From contig CAVZTM010000018.1 of assembly GCA_963778175.1 (NCBI GenBank), positions 31,628-95,627 of the forward strand: a stretch of 64,000 nt of DNA, read 5' to 3'. Source of the DNA: Ilumatobacteraceae bacterium. Lineage in GTDB: Bacteria > Actinomycetota > Acidimicrobiia > Acidimicrobiales > Ilumatobacteraceae. The notes below the pieces were generated by a model. It was not told the origin of the DNA. It saw only the letters and a list, made by a program, of their open reading frames with translations, and searched no databases. Positions 1-10,427 of the stretch are shown one piece after another. Made by a program: the position numbers and the translations under genes. The stretch's first letter is position 1. Each line of letters opens with the position of its first letter.

Positions 1-1855
1 TCGAGCGGACCTCGGCGGCCACGGCCGCACCCAATCGGTCGCGACCGTCGGCACGCACGAACACGGGTGCTGCGTCACCGATCCGCACCGACACCGGCGC
101 TCGCAGCGACGGAGTGGCCACCTCCATGACCCGGTTGGCGAGCTCCATGATCTGACCGGGGATGCGGTAGCCGACCGACAGCCCGATCACCCGAGCGGGC
201 TTGCGGTCGGGAAGATGTTCGAGCACGTCCTCCCAGCTGGTCGGCGCCAGCGGACCGGTGGCCTGGGCCAGGTCGCCGACGATCGTCATCGCACCGTTCA
301 GCGAGCGGCGGGTCGCCATCTTGAGCTGCATGGGTGTCAGGTCCTGCACCTCGTCGATGACGATGTGACCGTAGGTCCGGATCTCGTCGGCATCGTCGGT
401 CTTGCCGTTGCGGCCCGCCTTCGGCCCGAGCACGTCGCGGGCGTCGTCGAGCAGGGCGACGTCGGCGGGCGTCCAACGAACGTCGTGCACCGATTCCGAT
501 CGGGGCCGGAACAACGCCAGCGCCTCCGATTCCTCGAGCACGCCACGGGCCGCGAGCTTCAGCAGCGCCTTGGAACCGAACAGGTCGTGCAGGAGCTGGG
601 CGGGCGTGAGGACCGGCCACATCCGATCGAAGGCCTCACGGATCTCGGGCGTTCCCCGCAGCGTCTCCTTGACCGAGCCCAGCCCGATCTCCGGATCGTG
701 GTAGCTGGCCGACAGCGCCGACCACACCTCGTTCTCGACGAACCGGCGGCCGCCGTTGTGACGGCGGAACCGACGGCGGGCCGCCTTCACGATCCGGGCG
801 GACTCCTCGACCCGCAGCCGGACGTAGCCGGTACGGAACGGGATCACGAGATCCTCACGCAATGGGCGTTCCCGATCCGAGATCGCCTGGTCGATGACGT
901 CGGACATGCGCACGTCGCCCTTCAACCGTGCCGCCGTCGGACTGTCGGCGCCGGCGCGGTCGTCGGGTCGCAGGAAATCGACACCGGGGACGAGATCGGC
1001 GAGCACCACCTGCTCGACGCCGGCCTCACCGAGCGACGGCAGCACCCGTTCGATGTAGCGCAGGAACACCCGGTTCGGCCCGATGACCAGCACGCCCTGA
1101 TCCTCCAGGGGGAAGCGGTGCGTGTAGAGCAGGTAGGCCGCCCGGTGCAGGGCGACCACGGTCTTGCCGGTGCCGGGTCCACCCTGGACGACGAGCACAC
1201 CGTGCTGGGGCGAGCGGATGATCTCGTCCTGCTCGCCCTGGATCGTCGCAACGATGTCGCCGAGGGTGCCGGTACGACCCCGTTCGAGTGCCGCGAGCAG
1301 CGTCGAGTAGCCGCGCAGCCCCGACCCCTGCGCCATGGTGGCGCCGCCGGATTCCCCATCCAGGCCCCCATCCAGACCGTCGTCGTGACCGACCCCGAGG
1401 TGGCCGGCGCCGAACAGCTCGTCCTCGATGCCGAGCAGGCGCTGGCCTTCCACGGCGAAGTGGCGGCGCCGGACGAGCCCCATCGCGTTGCGCCCGGTCG
1501 CCCGATAGAAGGGTTCGGCCACGGGCGCCCGCCAGTCGACGACGACGGGCTCGCGTTCCTCGTCGGCCACGGCCAGTCGACCGATGTGGAAGCTCTCGAC
1601 GGCATCGGGCGACTCGGCGGCCCGATCGATCCGGCCGAACACCAGCGAGGACCCTCCGAGTTCGAGGTCGGCGAGGCGCTTGAGCAGGTTCTCGTCGAAC
1701 GCGTTGCGCTCGAAACGGGCCTGGAACGTGCCACCCAGGTCGGGCTCGGTGAGATCACGCATCCGCCAGGCGGCCTCCCGGCTGACGCGCAGACACTCGT
1801 ACGCGTGGTCGATGTAGGCCTGTTCGTCAGCGAGATCGGGGTGCTGCTGGGTCAT
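1..1855 (-). CDS. HelD/UvrD-family ATP-dependent DNA helicase (N-terminal ~618 codons; continues past the left edge)
   Basis: The reverse frame is open from ATG (1853-1855) to position 1. My translation starts MTQQHPDLADEQAYIDHAYECL and contains Walker A VVQGGPGTGKT and motif II IVIDEVQDL. It is absent from the ORF track because no stop lies in the window. The + ORF 215..1954 is its antisense shadow. Confidence 0.85.
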   Translation of the reverse strand, partial: MTQQHPDLADEQAYIDHAYECLRVSREAAWRMRDLTEPDLGGTFQARFERNAFDENLLKRLADLELGGSSLVFGRIDRAAESPDAVESFHIGRLAVADEEREPVVVDWRAPVAEPFYRATGRNAMGLVRRRHFAVEGQRLLGIEDELFGAGHLGVGHDDGLDGGLDGESGGATMAQGSGLRGYSTLLAALERGRTGTLGDIVATIQGEQDEIIRSPQHGVLVVQGGPGTGKTVVALHRAAYLLYTHRFPLEDQGVLVIGPNRVFLRYIERVLPSLGEAGVEQVVLADLVPGVDFLRPDDRAGADSPTAARLKGDVRMSDVIDQAISDRERPLREDLVIPFRTGYVRLRVEESARIVKAARRRFRRHNGGRRFVENEVWSALSASYHDPEIGLGSVKETLRGTPEIREAFDRMWPVLTPAQLLHDLFGSKALLKLAARGVLEESEALALFRPRSESVHDVRWTPADVALLDDARDVLGPKAGRNGKTDDADEIRTYGHIVIDEVQDLTPMQLKMATRRSLNGAMTIVGDLAQATGPLAPTSWEDVLEHLPDRKPARVIGLSVGYRIPGQIMELANRVMEVATPSLRAPVSVRIGDAAPVFVRADGRDRLGAAVAAEVRS

Positions 1856-2011
1856 ATCGGGTCACGAAAGGCTATCGGGGCGAGCCCGAGTCACGACCTC
1901 GCCCACCGGACTCAAGCGGCCTCCCGACCCGGCGGTAGCGTGACGCCGCCATGAACGCACCGGTCGACTCGCCCGCAACGCCGCCCTCCGTGTCACTCGG
2001 GCGGCGCGTTC

Positions 2012-3053
2012 ATGGACGCCGCGACCGGCGGTCGCGGTGCCCACACGCCCGTGTGGTTCATGCGGCAGGCGGGGCGCTCGCTCCCCGAGTACCGCCGGAT
2101 CCGCGGTGAGGGATCGATCCTCGACGCCATCAAGCAGCCCGAGCTCGCCGCCGAGATCACCCTGCAACCCGTCCGGCGCTACGGCGTCGACGCCGCGGTG
2201 CTGTTCAGCGACATCGTCGTGGCACCGCACGCCGTCGGGTTCGGCATCGACGTGGCGCCGGGCACCGGACCGGTGGCGACCCACCCGCTGCGAACCAGCA
2301 ACGACGTCGAACGCCTCCGGCCCCTCGAGTTCGACGACATCGACTACGTCATCGCGACCGTCGAACGGCTGGTCGCCGAGCTCGAGGTCCCACTCCTCGC
2401 CTTCGCCGGGGCACCGTTCACCGTTGCGAGCTACCTGATCGAGGGTCGGCCCAGCAAGGACTACCGGCACACCAAGGCGCTCATCCACACCGACGAGGTG
2501 CTCTGGCACGACGTGATGGAACGCCTCGCCGAGTCGGCGATCACGTTCATCGACGCCCAGCTCACCCATGGTGCGGCCGCGTTCCAGCTGTTCGACTCGT
2601 GGGCCGGGGCGCTGAGCCGACGCGACTACGACCGCTACGTGCTCCCCCATTCCCGCCACGTGTTCCGCGAGCTGCGCCGCCGGCACCCGGACGCCCCCGG
2701 CATCCACTTCGGCATCGGCTGCGACCATCTCCTGGAGTCGATGTACAGCGCCGGCCCGTCGGTGATCGGTCTGGACTGGCGCACACGGATCACCGACGCC
2801 CGACGCCGACTCGGCGACGACCTCGTCGTGCAGGGCAACCTCGATCCGGCACTCGTGCTCGCAGGTCTCGCACCGGCGATCGAGGGCACCGAGGACGTGC
2901 TGCGGGACAACCAGAACGCCGGACGGGACCCAGCACCCCGGCCACATCTTCAACCTCGGTCACGGCGTCAACCCCGACACCGACCCCGGCATCCTGCAAG
3001 CTGTCGTCGACCTCGTCCACGAACGCACCCGAACCGGGAGCGCCGCGTCGTGA
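2012..3053 (+). pseudogene. hemE: uroporphyrinogen decarboxylase HemE, one frame change near 2920-2940
   Basis: The first ~300 aa of ORF 2012..3838 are HemE ([30 protein letters not shown]). The track frame then turns into Arg/Pro junk. The next frame reads [38 protein letters not shown] and stops at TGA 3051-3053. The true N-terminus may lie upstream of 2012. Confidence 0.85.
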
Positions 3054-4017
3054 CACCGAGCGCCCCGATCGCCGTGTTGCTGATGGCCTACGGCACGCCG
3101 CGTCATCCCGACGAGATCGAGCCGTACTACACCGACATCCGGCGCGGCCGCCCGCCGACCCCCGAGGCGCTGGCCGATCTCGTCGCGCGGTATGCCGCGA
3201 TCGGCGGGGTGTCCCCCCTCGCCACGCTCACCGAGGCGCAGCGTGATGCACTCCAAGCAGCGCTCGATGCCGCCGCGCCCGACCGCTACCAGGTCGCGCT
3301 CGGACTCAAGCACGCCGACCCGAAGGTCGAAGTGGCTGCACGGGAACTCGCCGAGGCCGGAGTCGACACGATCGTGGGACTCGTGCTCGCCCCCCACTAC
3401 TCGTCGTACTCGATCGGTCAGTACCTGGAACGAACCCGTCAGGGCGCGGCCGAGGCCGGCGGATCGACCCGCGTGATCGGGATCGACAGTTGGGCACTCG
3501 AGCCGGCGTTCGTCACGTTCCTCGCCGATGACCTCCGTTCCCGGCTCGACGCCATGCGGGAACGCACGGGCGGCACGGTCCGAGTGCTGTTCACCGCGCA
3601 CTCGCTCCCGGAGCGGATCATCGCCGCCGGTGACCCGTACCCGGACGAACTGCGATCCACCGCCGCGGCGGTCGCCGCGGAACTCGGTCTCGTCGAGGGC
3701 ACCGACTGGCAGATCGCCTGGCAGTCGGCAGGACGCACACCCGAACCATGGATCGGCCCCGACATCCTCGAGGTGATCGACGAGCTCGGCATCCCAGCAC
3801 CGCCGACGCCGCCGAGCTCGGCACGATCGCGGGCGTGATCGTCTGCGCCTGCGGATTCGTCGCCGACCATCTCGAAGTGCTGTACGACCTCGACATCGAA
3901 GCCGCCGCGAGAGCCGCGACCCACGGCCTGGCCTTCGACCGCACGGCCTGCGTCAACGACGATCCGACGATCATGGCGGCGCTCGCCCAGCGAGTCATCG
4001 CCGCCACCGAGGGCTGA
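3050..4017 (+). pseudogene. hemH: ferrochelatase (coproporphyrin ferrochelatase type), one frame change near 3790-3830
   Basis: GTG 3050 overlaps the hemE stop (GTGA). Sequence reads APIAVLLMAYGTPRHPDEIEPYYTDIRRGRPP, PHYSSYSIGQY, LFTAHSLPERI. The C-terminus GVIVCACGFVADHLEVLYDLDIEAA is in a different frame (ORF 3748..4017). Confidence 0.85.
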
Positions 4018-4022
4018 CCGAC

Positions 4023-5452
4023 ATGACCCGCCGGGTTGCCGTCGTCGGCGCAGGGATCAGTGGGCTCGCGGCGGCGCTGTCGGTCCTCGACTCGGTCGAC
4101 GATGTACGCGTCGTCGTGTTCGACAGCGAGCGACGACTGGGAGGACGCATCGGCACGAGCGCGTTCGCCGGCGTCGACCACGTGGACGAGGGCGCCGACG
4201 CGTTTCTCGCCCGGGTGCCCGAGGCGGTCGCACTCGCACGCCGCGTCGGTCTCGGCGACGACCTGGTGTCGCCCGAGGCGGTCGGAGCGGCGGTGTGGCA
4301 CGACGGCCTCCACCCCATCCCCGACGGCCTGCTGCTCGGCGTGCCGGGGCGACTCCGCCCACTGGCCGGCACCGGACTGCTGTCGTGGACGGGCAAAGCC
4401 CGTGCGGCGATGGAGCCGTTCCTGCCGCGGACCTCGATCGAGAGCGACTCGATCGGCGAGTACGTGCGGGCCCGGTTCGGCAACGAGGTCCACGAGCGAC
4501 TCGTGGATGCGCTCGTCGGCAGCATCTATGCCGCGGACACCGACCGGTTCAGCCTGGCCGAGGTTCCGCAACTCGCCTCGTTGGCCGCCGGCAACCGGAG
4601 TCTGCTGTTGGCCGCGCGCCGACAACGCGCGGCGCAGGGCACCGCAACGGCCGCGACCAGCCCGATCTTCGCCGCGCCCCGCGACGGCATGGGATCGTTG
4701 ATCGACGCCACCGCCGCCGCGATCACCGCGGCCGGGGGCCAGGTCGCGATCGGATGCACCGTCACGTCGATCGAACCCCGCACCGACGGACGGTGGAGTG
4801 TGCTCACCGCCGCGGACGACCCTGCCACCTCCGACCGCCACCTCCGACCCGTTCGATGCGGTGATCTTCGCCACGCCCGCTCGCGTCACCGGGTCCATCG
4901 TCCGAGCAACCGCTCCCGACGCGTCGGCGCTCCTGGCGCGGGCAGAGACCGCCGACGTCATCATGGTCACCGTGCACGTGCCCGCCGACGAATGGCCGGC
5001 GCGATTGCACGGCATGAGCGGGTACCTCGTACCGAAACCCGACCAACACCTGGTCACGGCGGCGTCGTTCGGCTCGCAGAAGTGGGCGCACTGGCGGCCG
5101 CCGGGGGGCGGCGAGATCCTGCGCGTGTCGCTCGGTCGCGACGGCCAGGAGGTCCTGCACCTCGACGACGACGCAGTGATCACGGGCGTGCTGGCCGATC
5201 TCGATCGGCACCTCGGTGTCGACCTTCTCGCCGACGGAGGTGCGGATCACCCGCTGGCCCGGCGCGTTCGCGCAGTACCGCCCGCATCATCCTGCGTGGG
5301 TCGCCGAGGTCGAGAGGGCGCTCCCGTCGGGTGTGTTCGTCACCGGCGCCGGGTTCCGTGGAATCGGCATCCCGGCGTGCGTCCGCTCGGGCACGAAGAT
5401 GGCCGCGCAGACGAGCACTCACCTCCGGAATCTGGAAGAATCCACGCCATGA
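4023..5452 (+). pseudogene. hemY: protoporphyrinogen/coproporphyrinogen III oxidase (HemY type), two frame changes
   Basis: N-terminus is VAVVGAGISGLAAA (FAD fold) in ORF 4023... The middle part, FDAVIFATPA...MSGYLVPKP...SFGSQKWAHW, is in ORF 4798..5682. The C-terminus, ITRWPGAFAQYRPHH...FVTGAGFRGIGIPACV, is in ORF 5216..5452. Frame changes lie at about 4800-4850 and 5215-5235. Confidence 0.85.
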
Positions 5453-6179
5453 CCGAGGCCGAACCGACCTCCCCGGACCCCGGTCCGACGCAGCGCCGGC
5501 GACCCGGCCTCGCCGGCTCGGCGGGCGGTCGTCCCCCTGGCGATCGGGCTGGTGGTCGCGATCGTTGCGGTCGATCGGGACGATCGTTGCGTTCACGATG
5601 GGATCCGAGCCGACCACGGTGGCATCGTTCGACACCGCCTCGGCGACCGTCACGGTCGCGCCGTCCACGACGGCCGAGGTGACGACCACGACGACCACCG
5701 CACCGACCACGACGGTCACGACCACGACGCTGCCGCGCCAGTCGACCCAGCCGATCGCTCCGCCGCAGGATGTCCGGGGCCCCGAGAACAATCCGCCGCT
5801 CGGGCGGATCGTGATCCCCAAGGTCGGCCTCGACGCCGAACTCGAGCAGGGGATTCGACTCACGACACTCGACCGTGGTCCGGGCCACTGGCCCGGGTCC
5901 GCGCTGCCCGGCGAGATCGGCAACGTCGTCGTCGCCGGTCACCGCACGAGCCACGGAGCGGAGTTCCGGTACCTCGACCAACTGGCGCCCGGCGACGAGG
6001 TCATCTTCACCACCGACACCGGTGCGCACACCTACCTGGTGACCGGTACCCAGATCGTCACGCCGAACGACCTCTGGATCACGAACCCCACCGACACCCC
6101 GACGGCCACGCTGTTCGCCTGCCATCCCCTCGGTTCGACGGCGAAGCGGATCGTCGTGAGTCTCGCGCTGGCAACTTGA
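5449..6179 (+). pseudogene. sortase-family transpeptidase with N-terminal TM anchor and Thr-rich linker; frame changes in the first ~130 nt
   Basis: ATG 5449 overlaps the hemY stop (ATGA). The TM segment AVVPLAIGLVVAIVAV / IGTIVAF is split across frames. The catalytic core is in the ORF 4023..6179 frame: VVAGHRTSHG (His), TLFACHP (Cys), KRIVV (Arg). Confidence 0.75.
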
Positions 6180-7700
6180 GCGACGCACCAGCGGAGCGAC
6201 GCCCGCTCCACGAACGCCTCGCGCGTCCTGCGCTCGCCCTCGGTGCGGGCACACTCGTCGCGCTCTCCCTGCCGCCGTGGGGGTTCTGGCCACTGGCACT
6301 GATCGGCGTCATGTTGTTCGAGGTCGCACTCGGCGAGTCCCCGACGCGACGCCAGCGCATGCTGATGGGATTCCTCTTCGGCGCCGGCTGGATGTACCTC
6401 GGCATGGCCTGGATGGTGCAGCTCACCGCCCCGGGCTACCTCGTGGCCGGCACGGTCTTCGCCTCGTTCCATCTGGTCGCCGAGTTGGTGTCGCCGGTCG
6501 GACCCTGGCGGGTCGTCGGCCGACCGGCAGCTCACGCCCTCGCCGAGGCGCTGCGCTTCTCGTTCCCGTTCGGAGGCGTCCCCCTGGCGACACTCGGGAT
6601 GTCGCAGGTCGGCAGCCCGCTGGTCGGCGTCGTCCGCGTCGGCGGCGTGATCCTGCTGACCTGGCTCGTGTTCCAGGTCGGGATCGGCCTCGTCGACATC
6701 GTCCGCCAGGTGCGTGCCGGTGGCCGACACAGCGTGCGGCGAGCGCCACATGCCGCCATCGCCCTCGCCGTCGTCATCGTGCTGTTGGGGTCGTCAGTCG
6801 TCGCGCCCCGGGGGACCGCGACCGGTGAGACGCTCCGGGTGGCCGCTGTCCAGGGTGGCGGCGAACAGGGGACGAGCGCCCTCGAGGTGCCCTCGCGCAT
6901 CGTCACCGAACGTCACCTGGAGGCCACACGATCGATCGACGTCGACGAGGAACTCGATCTGGTGGTGTGGCCGGAGAACACCATCGACGTGCCGACCTTC
7001 GAGGGATCCGACATCCACGACGCGATCGCTGCCGAGGCGGCGCGCCTCGGTGTGCCCATCACGGTCGGGATCACCGAGGAGCGCGACAACGGGGCTCGCC
7101 GCATCAACTCCCAGGTGGTCGTCGCCCCCGACGGCGAGATCGTCGCCCGCTACGACAAGGTCCGCCGGGTGCCGTTCGGCGAGTACGTGCCGTTGCGAGG
7201 GATCCTGGAGGCGTTCGGCGCACCGATCGAGCGGATCGGCCGCGACGCCGTCGCGGGGACCGTGCCCGCCTACGTCGATCTCCCCGACGACACCCGTCTC
7301 GGTGTCGTGATCTCCTGGGAGGTGTTCTTCGCCGGCCGCGCCCGAGAGGGCGTGAAGCTGGGCGCCGAGGCGATCCTCAACCCGACGAACGGCGCCAGCT
7401 ACACGGGCACGATCGTGCAGACCCAGCAGGTGGCGTCGAGTCGCCTGCGCGCCCTCGAGACCGGTCGCTGGGTGGTCCAGGCGGCACCGACCGGGTTCAC
7501 CGCGATCGTCGACGCCGACGGGACCGTCCTGCAGCGCACCGCGGTCAGCGAACGCAACGTGCTCTACGACACGATCGAGTTGCGCAGCGGGTTCACCTGG
7601 TACACGACCATCGGTGACGGCCCGATCATCATCGCCCTCCTGGCACTGCTCGGCCTGTCGATCTGGTGCTCCCGCCGCTCCGTCCGACGCCGCCGAATGA
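6176..7700 (+). CDS. lnt: apolipoprotein N-acyltransferase (Lnt) homologue; 3' end uncertain because no in-frame stop occurs before 8242
   Basis: TTG 6176 overlaps the sortase stop. Multi-TM N-terminal half, then a CN-hydrolase domain with VVWPENT (Glu) and YDKVRRVPFGEYVP (Lys). The Cys position reads VISWEV. The TGA at 7698-7700 in the terminal palindrome is one frame off. Confidence 0.8.
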
Positions 7701-7726
7701 GACACGGGGTCAGACCCCGCGTCTCA
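7698..7726. repeat. 29-nt palindromic repeat, copy 1 (TGAGACACGGGGTC-A-GACCCCGCGTCTCA)
   Basis: 14-nt arms with 13/14 complementarity. The right arm contains the dtd stop (TCA 7724-7726 on the + strand). The left arm contains a TGA at 7698-7700. Related copies lie at 44367-44422 and 59480-59515. Confidence 0.8.
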
Positions 7727-8206
7727 TGGAACGTCGAGCATCAGCGTGACCGGGCCGTCGTTGACCAGCTCGACCCGCATGTCGGTGCGGAACCGACCGG
7801 TCTCGACCGTCGCGCCGAGGGCACGGAGGGACTCGACGACCCGATCCACGAGTGGCTCGGCGTGTTCGGGGCGCGCCGCGGTGATCCAACTCGGTCGCCG
7901 GCCCTTCGCCGTGTCGCCGTAGAGGGTGAACTGGCTCACGACGAGCAGCGAACCGCCGACGTCGGCGACGGAACGGTTCATCACACCGTCGGCGTCGTCG
8001 AAGATCCGCAGACCCCAGAGCTTGTCCGCGAGGCGGTCGGCGTCGGCAACGGTGTCGGTGTGCGTGACCCCGACCAGGACACACAGGCCCGGCCCGATCG
8101 AACCGGCCACCTCCCAGGCCTCGGCAGCACCATCGGGTCCGGACCCGTCGCCGACGGTCCGCGTGGTCACCTCCGCCCGGATCACACGTTGCACGACTGC
8201 TCGCAT
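7724..8206 (-). CDS. dtd: D-aminoacyl-tRNA deacylase
   Basis: ORF 7724..8245. The likely start is the internal ATG at 8206 (MRAVVQRV...). Contains SQFTLYGDT and GPVTL motifs. Confidence 0.9.
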   Translation of the reverse strand: MRAVVQRVIRAEVTTRTVGDGSGPDGAAEAWEVAGSIGPGLCVLVGVTHTDTVADADRLADKLWGLRIFDDADGVMNRSVADVGGSLLVVSQFTLYGDTAKGRRPSWITAARPEHAEPLVDRVVESLRALGATVETGRFRTDMRVELVNDGPVTLMLDVP

Positions 8207-8208
8207 CG

Positions 8209-9053
8209 GTGCAGTATCACCGAGTGCCTGCACCCACCCTGACACTGAGCGCGGGGGACGTCGACCTGACCGTCCACCCCGCCCACGGCGCTCGCATCGG
8301 CCAGATCACCGTGGCCGACCAGCCCCTCCTGATCGATCCACCTGCCGACTGCCTCGAGCGACTGCGTCGGCGTTGGCCTGGGGGTCGTACCCGATGGCAC
8401 CGTGGGCCGGTCGGATCCGAGGAGGTCGGTTCACCTTCGACGGCATCGGCCACCAGTTGGTCGTCAACCACCGCGACGGTGACCGCGAGGAACAGGCCCA
8501 TGCCATCCACGGTCTGGTCTTCGATCGGCCGTGGGACGACGTGTACGACGTGTCCGACACGACCTTCTCGGCCGCTCGGGCACTGGAGTGGCCGTTCGGC
8601 GGCATCGCGCGCCAGACGATCGTGTTGACGCCGCACCAGGTGGTCCTGACGCTCTCGGTCGAGTCGACCGGCGAACGGTTCCCGGCCGAGATCGGCTGGC
8701 ACCCGTGGTTCCGCAAGCCCGAGCGCCTGGAGTTCTCGCCCACCGCCATGTACGAACGCGACGAATGGGGCATTCCGACGGGCCGGCTGGTCGATCCGCC
8801 ACCACCACCCTGGGACGACTGCTTCTGCAACACCGACGCCGTCACCCTGCACTACGACCGTCCCGTGGCGCCAGCGGTTCGAGTGGAGTCCGACTGCGAC
8901 CACTGGGTCGTCTACGACCAGCCGGCCCACGCCACGTGCGTCGAGCCGCAGTCCGGTCCTCCCGACGCCTTCAATCTCGCGGGCCACGAGTTCGCTGGCC
9001 ACATCGTCGACCCGGACACCCCGCTGCGCCGCGAGATGACCATCTCCTGGTGA
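8209..9053 (+). pseudogene. aldose 1-epimerase family protein, one frame change near 8350-8400
   Basis: The N-terminus [30 protein letters not shown] is in ORF 8209..8628. The rest (WGSYPMAPWAGRIRGGRFTFDG...GWHPWF...VVYDQP...CVEPQSGPPDAF) is in the ORF 7926..9053 frame. Start could be 8209 or GTG 8224. Confidence 0.75.
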
Positions 9054-9089
9054 CCCGGCTCCCGGTGACCGGCGGTACCCGGTCGGTGC

Positions 9090-9109
9090 CCGTTACCCGG
9101 TGGTAACGG
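9090..9109 (+). terminator. short stem-loop after the epimerase-like gene (CCGTTACC-cggt-GGTAACGG)
   Basis: Perfect 8-bp stem with a 4-nt loop in the 77-nt spacer. There is no U-tract, so it is only a candidate. Confidence 0.25.
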
Positions 9110-9130
9110 AGCGCCGATAGCCTCGCTCGA

Positions 9131-10426
9131 ATGTCGACGGCCGGACTCGATCCTGATGCGCCACTCAAGATCGCGTACCTCACGTACCGCGGAAAGCCCC
9201 ATGTGGGTGGGCAGGGCGTGTACACGCGGCACCTCACCAAGGCCCTGGCCGACCTCGGACACACGGTCGAGGTGTTCGGCGGCCAGCCCTACCCGATCCT
9301 CGACGAACGCATCACGCTGACCAAGCTGCCGAGCCTCGACACGTTCAACGACTACTTCCCCGGTCGGTTCCCCGGCTTCTGGGAGCTGAAGACCCGTGAG
9401 GACGCGTTGGAGATGGCGCAGTTCGTCACCGGCGTGTTCCCCGAGCCCCTCGCCTTCAGCGCCCGCGCCGCCCGCGAACTGAAGCCCCGCGCCCGGGAGT
9501 TCGACCTGGTCCACGACAACCAGTGCCTCGGCTACGGCATCTTGAAGATCGAGGAGGTCATCCCCACGATCGTGACGCTGCACCACCCGATCACGAAGGA
9601 CCGCGAACTCGAGATGAGCCACGCGAAGAGCCGCATGAAGCGGTACTCGGTGGGTCGCTGGTACTCGTTCGTGAAGATGCAGGGCAAGGTCGCTTCGAAG
9701 ATGCCCCGCATCGTCGTCGTGAGCCAGAACTCGATCGACGACATCCACACCGACATGGGAGTGAGCGTCGACCGGATGCGGCTGGTCCCCGTCGGCGTGG
9801 ACCCCGATCTCTTCAAGCCGCTCCCCCACGTCGAGCGCCGCCCCGGGCGTCTGATCACCACGGCCTCCGCCGATGTCGCGCTCAAGGGTCTGTCGTACCT
9901 GCTCGAGGCCATGGCCAAGCTGCGGACCGAGCGCGACGTGACCCTGACGATCATCGGCAAGCCTCGCCCCGGTCATTCGATGGACCTCATCGACTCCTAC
10001 GGTCTCGCCCCGCACATCGAGTTCGTGTCGGGCGTGAGCGACGAACGCATCGTCGAGTTGTACGCCGAAGCGGAGATGGCCGTCGTGCCGAGCCTCTACG
10101 AAGGGTTCAGCCTGCCCGCCATCGAGGCGATGTGCTCGGGCACACCGCTCGTCGCGACCGATGGTGGCGCACTCCCGGAGGTCACCGGCGCCGACGGCGA
10201 GACCGTGCTCGGCTGCAGGGCGGGTGACGTCGACTCACTCGCAGCGGCGATCACCCGTGGACTGGACGACGCCGAGCTCCGCGCCCGTGTCGGTGCCGCC
10301 GGACGCCAGCGGGTGCTCGATCGCTGGACCTGGACGAAGTGCGCCGAGATGACCGTCGAGCAGTACCGCGAGGTGCTGGCGATGCCTCAGAACGTGGCCA
10401 AGCTCCGAGCGAACGGACGCCTCTGA
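9131..10426 (+). CDS. GT-B glycosyltransferase (family 4/1 type)
   Basis: Intact 431-aa ORF. N-terminal KIAYLTYRGKPHVGGQGVYTRHL; C-terminal YEGFSLPAIEAMCSGTPLVATDGGALPEV (EX7E-type motif). Confidence 0.9.
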   Translation: MSTAGLDPDAPLKIAYLTYRGKPHVGGQGVYTRHLTKALADLGHTVEVFGGQPYPILDERITLTKLPSLDTFNDYFPGRFPGFWELKTREDALEMAQFVTGVFPEPLAFSARAARELKPRAREFDLVHDNQCLGYGILKIEEVIPTIVTLHHPITKDRELEMSHAKSRMKRYSVGRWYSFVKMQGKVASKMPRIVVVSQNSIDDIHTDMGVSVDRMRLVPVGVDPDLFKPLPHVERRPGRLITTASADVALKGLSYLLEAMAKLRTERDVTLTIIGKPRPGHSMDLIDSYGLAPHIEFVSGVSDERIVELYAEAEMAVVPSLYEGFSLPAIEAMCSGTPLVATDGGALPEVTGADGETVLGCRAGDVDSLAAAITRGLDDAELRARVGAAGRQRVLDRWTWTKCAEMTVEQYREVLAMPQNVAKLRANGRL

Positions 10427-10427
10427 C

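Noticed and set aside
215-1954. Long ORFs antisense to real genes (also 39256..40098, 40882..42402, 45216..47345, 59647..61329, 61964..63712, 18492..20246, and the upstream parts of 16262..18628, 24217..26472 and 33381..35090)
   Set aside because: Their composition is dominated by Arg/Gly/Pro/Asp/His runs with no motifs. Each lies opposite a gene with clear family signatures. This is the expected stop-codon-poor shadow of very GC-rich coding DNA.
2012-3838. 608-aa ORF that looks like a bifunctional HemE-HemH fusion
   Set aside because: The canonical HemE C-terminus ([10 protein letters not shown]...) with its own TGA (3051-53) is present one frame over. hemH has its own GTG at 3050 overlapping that stop. 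The fusion is created by a single frame change.
4023-6179. 718-aa ORF suggesting a HemY-sortase fusion with a long Arg-rich middle
   Set aside because: The middle ~330 residues are Arg/Pro/Gly junk. The real HemY middle and C-terminus are in the other two frames and end at 5452, where a separate sortase ATG overlaps the stop.
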